Source of the DNA: a virus
Direction: 5' to 3' (one strand)
Virus record (IMG/VR): IMGVR_UViG_3300029825_000007
Span: 1 to 64,000 of that record
Length of the DNA stretch: 64,000 bases
Within the stretch, counting starts at the first letter, position 1, and every line of letters starts with the position of its first letter. The notes below the pieces were generated by a model. That model did not search any database and was not told the DNA's origin. It saw only the letters and a program-made list of their open reading frames with translations. A program made the translations under genes and the position numbers. Below, piece by piece: positions 32,684 through 40,804 of this stretch.

Positions 32684-33238
32684 ATGAAATTAAACAATTT
32701 AGTAGAAGATAACAAGGTAACTGTTTATGGATTCCCGGCATTCAAAGGACTTGAAGATTTCTGCAAGGGGACATCTGATTCAAGTTTTGTAATATCAACT
32801 CTGTCCCCGGCAATCATGCATGATATGGGTATCAATTCGTATTATGCCCCTGTAATCCCTAGAAATAGTCGATTCAATACGACTGAAGAAGTTTTAGACG
32901 CTAATCTTGATGTCAACCAGGTTTTCGTAATGGAGTTTCCGTCATGGGACTTGATTAATGAGGATAAAATTGTTATTGTCTCAAGGCACAAGGCGACAAT
33001 CGACATCCTGCAAGACATGTATCCCGATGCGCCGGTCCTGTCCGGGAACGTGTCCGCATCCGACTTGAAAAATTGTCACGTAATCGGTACGTTGCCACCA
33101 GCGTTGATTGCAGAGTGCAAGTCGTACAGAGCGGTAACCATCAAGGATTATAACGCCGCTGTGGATGGCGATTTATCCGCAACGGAAATTAAAGATAGAC
33201 TAGTTATCAGCGAGCCTATCTCAGTAACCATAAAATAA
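32684..33238 (+). CDS. Protein with a C-terminal Csx16-like (Cas_VVA1548 family) domain
   Basis: IVSRHKATIDIL...VIGTLPPALIAECKSYRAVTI...GDLSATEI matches my recollection of the Csx16 pattern SRHxGA..W...GD.V.GTLP..L..E......L....RG.EL. Confidence 0.45.
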   Translation: MKLNNLVEDNKVTVYGFPAFKGLEDFCKGTSDSSFVISTLSPAIMHDMGINSYYAPVIPRNSRFNTTEEVLDANLDVNQVFVMEFPSWDLINEDKIVIVSRHKATIDILQDMYPDAPVLSGNVSASDLKNCHVIGTLPPALIAECKSYRAVTIKDYNAAVDGDLSATEIKDRLVISEPISVTIK

Positions 33239-33286
33239 TAGCACTCACCTGTCCTATCGGGTATACGGGGAAAGGAGAATAATAGA

Positions 33287-33811
33287 ATGAATCAATATGA
33301 CATGTACGCAGATAATGTCTGCTACTTCCCTAGCGATGCAGAAATTTGTAAGTCGTGTCATGGATACGCTTACTTGAACCCAGACTTTAACAACATCTGT
33401 CCTTATGCAATAAAATGTAGGGAGGATGTTAAAAGAAAGGAAGAAAAAATGAAAGAGCAAAAAAGAAACACATTAGAACAATCAGCAAAAGTACTTAGAG
33501 AAATTCTAATTAATCGTAAATCTATATTGATGTACGATGTCAACATGAAATTTTCTGGAGGTGTGTCTTTAACAATAACTCCACATCAGAATAACGAAAT
33601 TATTAAAATGGTGCATTGTGACACCATAAAAGATTTGGGTATAATAGTTAACAAAAATGGAAGCTATAGCATACTTGTCGATACTATAACCCCAGCGAGG
33701 ATAACTCTTTTAAAGGTTACAGGGGCTTTCAATGTTTGTGTAACTACACCACAGGGCACCCGCACATTGGAAATCGGTACTGATATTACAGTGCCTGGTA
33801 AACAAAAATAG
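33287..33811 (+). CDS. Hypothetical protein
   Basis: 174-aa ORF with RBS; N-terminal Cys cluster. Confidence 0.45.
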   Translation: MNQYDMYADNVCYFPSDAEICKSCHGYAYLNPDFNNICPYAIKCREDVKRKEEKMKEQKRNTLEQSAKVLREILINRKSILMYDVNMKFSGGVSLTITPHQNNEIIKMVHCDTIKDLGIIVNKNGSYSILVDTITPARITLLKVTGAFNVCVTTPQGTRTLEIGTDITVPGKQK

Positions 33812-33876
33812 GGTACTCACAAATTTAAATTTTGTATTTGATTTGACCCATGTTAAATGGGAGAAGGAGGAACATT

Positions 33877-34401
33877 ATGACGGGGGTAATTAAGTGTATT
33901 AAAGACCATTCTGTAAATTTTCAAGATTCTCTTTACGTGATGGATATCGAGGAAGGGTCTATCTGGTGGGCTAGTGATACCGCCGATGATGATTTTGGGT
34001 TTGTTACAAACGTAAAAGATGGTAGAGAGTTTGATGTCTGGTGTTTCGAAGCCGGTGTACTAGACCCAAGGTTCTGGGTGTGTGCCCCTCATGCTATGGA
34101 CAATGACCACAGATGGATTAATGAGCCCATGAATGCACGGTTCGACAGTTTATGCGGCCGTACATATTATGTTAAGACTGTTGCAGGAGAGGTTCATCGG
34201 GTGTTTAATCAAGAAGAAAGAATCTTGATTGATGGTGATGCTTTTAAACACATTTCAATCCCATGGACAGATATTGTCTCTTTTATACCGGCACCGATAG
34301 AGCCTAAAAACTATGCTTACAAGCTTCGTTTCAAGGAGGAGTTGAACTGTTATGTTAAAGACTATGGCAATGGAATTGTGAGCTTTAGTCACATTAGGTA
34401 A
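33877..34401 (+). CDS. Hypothetical protein
   Basis: Start set at MTGVIKC with GAAGGAGG RBS. Confidence 0.45.
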   Translation: MTGVIKCIKDHSVNFQDSLYVMDIEEGSIWWASDTADDDFGFVTNVKDGREFDVWCFEAGVLDPRFWVCAPHAMDNDHRWINEPMNARFDSLCGRTYYVKTVAGEVHRVFNQEERILIDGDAFKHISIPWTDIVSFIPAPIEPKNYAYKLRFKEELNCYVKDYGNGIVSFSHIR

Positions 34402-34451
34402 TATGAAATATCTAAAGCATAAAAAGGAGCGCAAGAAGATGGGGTGTAGAA

Positions 34452-34733
34452 ATGGAAGATGGCCCCGATATTGTTGATGAATTTGTCATTGGAAAAGAAA
34501 CAAGAGCCTTCATTGAAGGCTGTATAAACGATTCTTGTTTTAAAGGCTGTTGGTTTACCAATGACAGTAACAATATCATTAGCATAGAAAAAGATTACGA
34601 AAATCATCCGTCTGGTGGATATGATTACTCCATTGAAATCGACATGTGCAGGGGGATGTACAGGACGCTAAAAAACGAAAGTGATGCAACATTTTCAAGT
34701 TGGGTGCCTGTACCACATTTGAAAGAAGACTAA
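34452..34733 (+). CDS. Hypothetical protein
   Basis: 93-aa ORF. Confidence 0.4.
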   Translation: MEDGPDIVDEFVIGKETRAFIEGCINDSCFKGCWFTNDSNNIISIEKDYENHPSGGYDYSIEIDMCRGMYRTLKNESDATFSSWVPVPHLKED

Positions 34734-34825
34734 AAGAAGTAGCACCGCACCCATGCTAAAAATGGAAGAAACATGGGATGCCCTTTCGCTAAATAAAAAA
34801 GAAATCCTCAATACCGAGGGTGAAC

Positions 34826-35173
34826 CTAGTCGTTAAGCTGCTTCTTCCTGTGCTTCCTTATCCTTTTGGCATTCCCCGAAGGATCCTCTAATTTATAAAG
34901 TCCTTTTTTGTATGGTGTGTAATTATTCATTGCTTTCTTCCCAAGTCCAACTTTAATGGCAATTTCGTTGTCACACATGCCGTGTTCTCTAAGGAACTTA
35001 ATTTCATCGTAAGTTTCGGATGTGTACACTCCTGCTGTGACCAGGATCTTTTTAATTTTACTTGCACTATATCCGGTTATTTTTGATATCGTATTTAGAG
35101 ATATGTTAGCGTTATAAGAAGCAACAACCTCTGAAACAATATCTTGTTGTTCCGAATTTCCTTCTTGTTCCAT
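34826..35173 (-). CDS. HTH DNA-binding protein
   Basis: Two HTH-like segments (LNTISKITGYSASKIKKIL; CDNEIAIKVGLGKKAMNNY) and a basic tail. Confidence 0.5.
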   Translation of the reverse strand: MEQEGNSEQQDIVSEVVASYNANISLNTISKITGYSASKIKKILVTAGVYTSETYDEIKFLREHGMCDNEIAIKVGLGKKAMNNYTPYKKGLYKLEDPSGNAKRIRKHRKKQLND

Positions 35174-35318
35174 AATGCCTCCTACAGATATTAAATTTAT
35201 TTTTTATTCGTAAGATAATTATAGCATAATTTACAGGAAAGGGAAATGGGAGGACAAAATAGAAGGTTGATGTATTGCTCAACAAATGGTACGATTGAAA
35301 GTAAGGAGGTTAGATGAA

Positions 35319-36584
35319 ATGCCAAAAAAACCAGATATGTCACTTATCGGCAAGAAATATAACATGCTGACAGTGCTAGAGTTGTCTGATAGACTAAACA
35401 CTAGCGGAAATCGTATGTACAAGTGCCGTTGCGATTGTGGAAATATCCAGTATGCCACAAAGTGGCAGTTGATAAATGGTTATCTGCAAAGTTGCGGATG
35501 TATAAAAAAACGACCAAAAAAAGATATTACCAATCAAAAATTCGGAAAACTTACAGCCTTATATCCTGTTGGACCGAGCGTTTCAAGTGGCACCCTGTGG
35601 CACTGCCGCTGTGACTGTGGTAATGAAGTTGATAAGCCCACAAGCGTATTGGTTTCTGGTGGCGTGAAATCCTGCGGATGCCTAAGAAAAACACACAACC
35701 GCTCAAATTCGTCTGGAACTATAGGCGTAACATTTTATAGTAACAAATGGCGCGCCCATATAACGGTCGATAGAAAACAATATAATCTGGGAGCATTTTC
35801 GGAAAAAGAAGATGCCATAGCGATAAGAAAAGAGGCGGAAAAAATTGATCCTTCTGATTTTGAGGATTGGTATAAAAAAATAGATAAAATTTCAAAAAAA
35901 CAAACTGAAAAGGAAGCCCATATTTCTTGCACGCCCAAAGGTAAAACCATTCGAGAAGGAAACACCTACGGAAATATAAAGGTTATAAGCTTATACAGTT
36001 ATAACCCCAAAACGCACTATTATAAATATAATTGTAAATGTAAAAACTGCGGTTATACTTTTATAGATAGCGCTCAACGAATTTCTATGCATGCAAGGAA
36101 TAATAGTTGCCCCGAATGCTTCAAAAGGCAAAAGGTGGCAGAAAGGAATGAAGATGCAAAAAAGTATATTGGCATGCGTTACGGTGAATTAGAAGTTGTT
36201 GGTTATGCTGGTTTAAAATGTGCATCAAAAAATTTGAGATATGCAATCCCATACATGATATGTAAATGTCATGAGTGCGGAGACACCTCGGAAATACCGC
36301 TTGCAAAGCTAAAAAGCGGACAAACAAGCAAATGTGTGCACTGTGTAAAAAGAGACACATCTGATCACAAAGGTGTGAGCCTTGATAAAAAATCACATAA
36401 ATGGAGGGCATATGTAACTTTTCAGAGAAAGCAATATAATTTAGGATTCTACGATAATATAGACGATGCTCTTTCATCCAGAAGAAAAGGGGATGAAGAA
36501 ATGTTTGAAAGTTTCGTTGGGTGGTATAAGGAAAACTATCCCACACAATGGGAACAACTGCAAAAGGGGAGGAAAAATCAATGA
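35319..36584 (+). CDS. Zinc-ribbon repeat + two AP2 DNA-binding domains protein
   Basis: YKCRCDCGN and WHCRCDCGNEV modules; AP2-like GVTFYSNKWRAHITVDRKQYNLGAF and GVSLDKKSHKWRAYVTFQRKQYNLGFY. Confidence 0.6.
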   Translation: MPKKPDMSLIGKKYNMLTVLELSDRLNTSGNRMYKCRCDCGNIQYATKWQLINGYLQSCGCIKKRPKKDITNQKFGKLTALYPVGPSVSSGTLWHCRCDCGNEVDKPTSVLVSGGVKSCGCLRKTHNRSNSSGTIGVTFYSNKWRAHITVDRKQYNLGAFSEKEDAIAIRKEAEKIDPSDFEDWYKKIDKISKKQTEKEAHISCTPKGKTIREGNTYGNIKVISLYSYNPKTHYYKYNCKCKNCGYTFIDSAQRISMHARNNSCPECFKRQKVAERNEDAKKYIGMRYGELEVVGYAGLKCASKNLRYAIPYMICKCHECGDTSEIPLAKLKSGQTSKCVHCVKRDTSDHKGVSLDKKSHKWRAYVTFQRKQYNLGFYDNIDDALSSRRKGDEEMFESFVGWYKENYPTQWEQLQKGRKNQ

Positions 36585-36973
36585 ATACAGATCAAGCACT
36601 GAATGCAGTATTCAGTATATTCAATAAGTATAACGGTGTAGTTAATCCTACCGTCAATGCAAAAATAGATCCATTTCGCATTGACGATCTGGAGTATATG
36701 TTCCGGGGGAAGGGAAGACAGAAAGTGGCTTTTGGACTCCATTATATTGAGAAGCCTAACGTACTCTGCTTTCAGTTTGATTGGGATTTTTTAACACAAG
36801 ATAAAATAGAAGCAGCAATTGTAAGTGGCCTTTATTTTATCGAATTAGTCGACTGGGGCAGGGTATTTGTCCAAGGAAGTTTTTGTAGCAACGATCAATA
36901 TGTCGATACGCTTCGTAGAGCGTGCGATCTTTTGTCCATAGGGACAATTTATAAAAAATTAGAGGAGGAGTAA
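36581..36973 (+). CDS. Hypothetical protein
   Basis: Start set at MNTDQAL. Confidence 0.4.
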   Translation: MNTDQALNAVFSIFNKYNGVVNPTVNAKIDPFRIDDLEYMFRGKGRQKVAFGLHYIEKPNVLCFQFDWDFLTQDKIEAAIVSGLYFIELVDWGRVFVQGSFCSNDQYVDTLRRACDLLSIGTIYKKLEEE

Positions 36974-36978
36974 AAAAA

Positions 36979-37356
36979 ATGAAATATGAATTATTTTCAA
37001 GATTATATAGAGACTGTAAACTGTACAGCAAGCCGACAGGGAAAAATAAAGAGCTGTATATCCATGAAAGGGGATATCAAGACTGGATGGATGGGTATAG
37101 TCCAGAAAGCATCATAAACACTCTAGAATCAATTTGGTCGCTTTACTGGATAGATATGAGCGATATTAGAAAAGGTCTGGGATTGACACAATATGAAATG
37201 TCTCAGAGGTACTATACATCTAAAAGAACCGTAGAAAGTTGGGAAGCATCCGGGAAAGGTAAAAGAAACATAACAGATTCACAAAAAATGCTGATTGCCT
37301 ATTCAATTTTTGAATCTGAAAGGGATGGAAAGAATGGAAACACTGAAAACACCTAA
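36979..37356 (+). CDS. HTH (XRE-like) domain protein
   Basis: GLTQYEMSQRYYTSKRTVESWE. Confidence 0.45.
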   Translation: MKYELFSRLYRDCKLYSKPTGKNKELYIHERGYQDWMDGYSPESIINTLESIWSLYWIDMSDIRKGLGLTQYEMSQRYYTSKRTVESWEASGKGKRNITDSQKMLIAYSIFESERDGKNGNTENT

Positions 37357-38098
37357 GGGAAGACATATAAGAGAAGGAAACATATATAACAATGTCAGGG
37401 TCGTAAGCTTATATAGTTATGACCCAAAAAACAGATACTACAAATATAAATGCGAATGTCTAAATTGTGGTACTACTTTTATATCCGGATCCCAAACAAT
37501 TACAAATTATTCAAAAAACAATATTTGCCCTGAATGTCTTAAAAAGGAAAATGAAATAAAAAGAAAAAAAGAATCAGAAAAACATATTGGTGAAAGATAC
37601 GGATATCTTGAAATTATCGGATATGCAGGATTAAAAAAACTCGATCAAAAACGTTCGGTCATTACTCCATATATGATATGCAAGTGTCATAAGTGTGGAA
37701 GTACTACAGATATACCTCTTACTAAGCTTGTAAATGGATATGCAAATGAATGTGCAAACTGTAGAAAAAATTACCTAGAAAAGGGATGGAAGGCAAATGA
37801 AGATTATCACAAAGGTGGTTCTTATATCGGAAGTATTGAAAGCAGAAAGCTAAATAAAAATAACGCATCCGGACATAACGGCGTTTCATGGAATAAGAAG
37901 CAAAAAAATTGGCGAGCATATATCGTATTTAAAAGAAAGCAATATCATTTAGGGACCTATGAAAAACTAGAAGATGCTGTAAAAGCAAGAAAGGAAGGTG
38001 AAAAAGAGATATACGGGAGTTTTTTAGCATGGTATAAAGAAACATATCCTGAGTATTGGAAAAGGTTTGAAAGGAATAAAAAGAAGAAAAATGAATGA
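37325..38098 (+). CDS. Zinc-ribbon + AP2 domain protein (paralogue of the C-terminal half of 35319..36584)
   Basis: About half of residues identical by eye over roughly 230 aa (KGxxIREGNxYxN..V.SLYSY.PK..YYKY.C.C.NCG.TF...); start uncertain. Confidence 0.6.
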   Translation: MERMETLKTPKGRHIREGNIYNNVRVVSLYSYDPKNRYYKYKCECLNCGTTFISGSQTITNYSKNNICPECLKKENEIKRKKESEKHIGERYGYLEIIGYAGLKKLDQKRSVITPYMICKCHKCGSTTDIPLTKLVNGYANECANCRKNYLEKGWKANEDYHKGGSYIGSIESRKLNKNNASGHNGVSWNKKQKNWRAYIVFKRKQYHLGTYEKLEDAVKARKEGEKEIYGSFLAWYKETYPEYWKRFERNKKKKNE

Positions 38099-38379
38099 TT
38101 ATTGTAAAGGAATTATATATGCATCTAGTTCTATTGTTCATGATCAGGGGAAAGCCGGTCCTACATAGAAATGCATGGAGTATTGGATAAGTCAAAAAGA
38201 AATGGGAATAAATTTGTAAAAAAGCTGAGGTTACGAATATATGGAAATGAAAATGTATGGAATAAATGGAATGAAATATTATCAGAAAAGTAAAGGGCTT
38301 GTGAAAGGCTCTTTATATTTTGTCATACGTGCAAAAGCTCCTTTCTTACGTGTAAAATATAGTAACCATTCCTATTTGA

Positions 38380-38545
38380 TACCCCACGTGATACCCTGAC
38401 GATACCACATGTCTGCAAACCCTTGATATATAAGGTTTTTTGAAAGCTGATGACGAGAATTGAACTCGTACATACAACTCTATTTTTCCAGTAAATTCAA
38501 GGCTTTCAAGCTCTTTTGTTTGATACCCTTTGATACCCCAGGTAT
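38380..38545. other. attP region: GATACC arm-type repeats flanking a tRNA 3-prime fragment
   Basis: gatacccc/gataccct/gataccac at 38387-38410; gataccct/gatacccc/ggtatc at about 38520-38545. Confidence 0.55.
38446..38469 (-). other. tRNA 3-prime fragment (T arm + acceptor strand), probable att core
   Basis: Minus strand ACGAG-TTCAATT-CTCGT-CATCAGC; no matching 5-prime half upstream. Confidence 0.55.
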
Positions 38546-39759
38546 CATTTTATCATAAAATCAGGTATGTTACTTACGATATCTGCTCTTTCTAACTCAG
38601 ATCTTCGATTCCTATGATAATGTTCTTCACTGGTTCCGATATCAGTATGACCTAGCAATCCGATCACCATACGGTTATCAATGTGATTATCCATTAAGAT
38701 AGTCCCATATGTTTTTCTGATTTTATGAGGGGATTTAGGGACAATGTTAAGTTTTTTACAGAGCCTTGAAAGCCTTCTCCTAACAGAATATGATTTAATT
38801 CTATCTCCATCACGGTTTGTAAAAATAAACTCTCCAAAAGGATTAATATGCTGCACCATTTTAGAAATCCATCTATAGTCTTTAGGTATAGCAATGTCCC
38901 TGATTCCGGCTTCTGTTTTCGGAAAGTCTTTAACCTCAAAGTGTGTGTTGCCAGAACCATCATTATATCTGGTCTCTGTTCTCTGCACCTTTACAGATAT
39001 ACCGTTGAAATCTTCATGTTTCAATGCCACTGCTTCCCCTATTCTCATCCCGGTAACAAACATTAATAAAAGGCATAGATTCTTTTCATCAATGTTATTT
39101 TCGAGATATTCAAGCATCAATGGCATTTCTTTTTCGTCAAACACTTCTTCTCTATCATCCTTTATAGTTTTATGGAAGTCAGTTTCTGAAAGGTCAAGTT
39201 CATCAAAAATATCCTCGATTCTGAAATCTATCAGTTTCCGCTTTTTTGCTCTTTTGAATATTCCTTTTGTAATTGTCTTAAGATTAGAAAAGGCTTTTGC
39301 GGAAAGCTGATGTTTTGGTATCTGCTCCTCAAGAAAATCTGTTATTTCTTCCGGATGTATAGCCTTTATACGGGATTTACCCAGTTCACTATAGAAACGG
39401 TCAAACATCTGTATATAACGGCTGTGTGAGGACTGAGAGATCTTCTCGAGGGAAAGTCTTCGATCATTCCATTCACTGAAAACTTCCTGAATGGTTGGAT
39501 TCTCTTCTTGCTGTTTCCAATAATCCACAAGAACATCTTCTAATGCTTGTTTTGACTTCCGCTTCCGTGGAGTTCTGCCCGTTTCTGTTGGTATATAAGT
39601 GTGCCAATTATTGTCTTTACCATGCCATATCTTATAAGGATGCTTTTCTAGTAATTCCTGTCTATTTTTCATTTTTATTTTTTTTTGCACGTATGACAGA
39701 TCTATCATACCATTGTCAACGGCATATTTCAATAATTCACTATTATTCATTTTTGACAT
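38545..39759 (-). CDS. int: Tyrosine integrase
   Basis: 404 aa; TGMRIGEAVAL (R), HKIRKTYGT (HxxR), LLGHTDIGTSEEHY (H...Y); adjacent to attP. Confidence 0.85.
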   Translation of the reverse strand: MSKMNNSELLKYAVDNGMIDLSYVQKKIKMKNRQELLEKHPYKIWHGKDNNWHTYIPTETGRTPRKRKSKQALEDVLVDYWKQQEENPTIQEVFSEWNDRRLSLEKISQSSHSRYIQMFDRFYSELGKSRIKAIHPEEITDFLEEQIPKHQLSAKAFSNLKTITKGIFKRAKKRKLIDFRIEDIFDELDLSETDFHKTIKDDREEVFDEKEMPLMLEYLENNIDEKNLCLLLMFVTGMRIGEAVALKHEDFNGISVKVQRTETRYNDGSGNTHFEVKDFPKTEAGIRDIAIPKDYRWISKMVQHINPFGEFIFTNRDGDRIKSYSVRRRLSRLCKKLNIVPKSPHKIRKTYGTILMDNHIDNRMVIGLLGHTDIGTSEEHYHRNRRSELERADIVSNIPDFMIK

Positions 39760-39811
39760 TCTCCTTTTATAAAAGGCTTAAGAAATCAATCTCAAGCCCT
39801 ATAGAAATGTC

Positions 39812-40108
39812 TTATGTAATATTATTTTTTTCTATCAAGTCACTTAATGCTTGTACAGTACGTTTATTAGTATTGTCTATCATCCCAATATAGGCACGTA
39901 GTGAAATCTCTTTGCCCTCTGTTATACTGCACTGTTCAAGCTTTAAAAGTTTCTCAATGCAATGTGGGATACTGGAATAATTTCCAATTTTCCGGCTTGC
40001 ATCTCTGCGTTTACCATCCTGTGTATGGCCTATATATCTTTGCTTTAAAGTATAATTAGGCTCTTTAATCTCAACAAAATAATCATCTATTAAATTAACT
40101 ATTGTCAT
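39812..40108 (-). CDS. Hypothetical protein
   Basis: 98-aa ORF. Confidence 0.4.
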   Translation of the reverse strand: MTIVNLIDDYFVEIKEPNYTLKQRYIGHTQDGKRRDASRKIGNYSSIPHCIEKLLKLEQCSITEGKEISLRAYIGMIDNTNKRTVQALSDLIEKNNIT

Positions 40109-40125
40109 TGTTTAAAAATCCTTTC

Positions 40126-40341
40126 CTATTTTAAATGCGTTTTATAGACGCTATGCGGATTTTTGCTGTTACTGGCTCTGTCGAATGCTCGTTGACGATC
40201 AAGAAAATTATAATGATTGTAGTTGTAGGCATTACGTTTTGTTAATTCAACACATCTTTCATGTGCAAAATTTATATATGCAGGACAATCAGAATGGCAT
40301 CCCACATAACGTGATTCACAATTTCGGCAAGGTGAAATCAT
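40126..40341 (-). CDS. Cys-rich small protein
   Basis: CRNCESRYVGCHSDCPAY. Confidence 0.4.
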   Translation of the reverse strand: MISPCRNCESRYVGCHSDCPAYINFAHERCVELTKRNAYNYNHYNFLDRQRAFDRASNSKNPHSVYKTHLK

Positions 40342-40790
40342 CTTGTTTCCTCCTCAATTTCTTGATGCAGTTGCTTTCTGGCTCTATTCTCAAAATCTGA
40401 CATAAATACTTTTATATAATCTTTGCAAAAGTTTCCATCATGTGAAAGCCTGAAATTGCTGAATTCCTGTACAACATTACTCCAATAGTTATCATCTACT
40501 GATGAATGTATAGGAAGAAGCTTTTTATACATAATAAATCCATCATTCAAGGTCTTTATAACCTTTTCTTCTGGTTCTCTTTCCTTATTTTTAAAATAAT
40601 TCAGATACATGTTAGAGTAATTTGTGCAAAAGTCATTATGATATTTTTGCTTCAGGCTTCTAAATTCGTTATTAATATCATCCATCATATTTAAATTTTC
40701 ATCATCGTTCATAGGAAGAAAGCTTTTGAAAAGTTTAAATCCCTCTTTAAAAATGTTAAATTCTTTTTTAATATCTGCATTTCTCACCAT
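40338..40790 (-). CDS. Hypothetical protein (internal duplication)
   Basis: Two similar halves (FKxxLP...D.N...V..EF...). Confidence 0.4.
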   Translation of the reverse strand: MVRNADIKKEFNIFKEGFKLFKSFLPMNDDENLNMMDDINNEFRSLKQKYHNDFCTNYSNMYLNYFKNKEREPEEKVIKTLNDGFIMYKKLLPIHSSVDDNYWSNVVQEFSNFRLSHDGNFCKDYIKVFMSDFENRARKQLHQEIEEETR

Positions 40791-40804
40791 TTCATAGCCT
40801 CCTA

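Noticed and set aside
38446-38469. Functional tRNA gene next to int
   Set aside because: Only the T arm and the 3-prime acceptor strand are present. No complementary 5-prime acceptor strand, D arm or anticodon arm lies upstream. I interpreted it as the att core.
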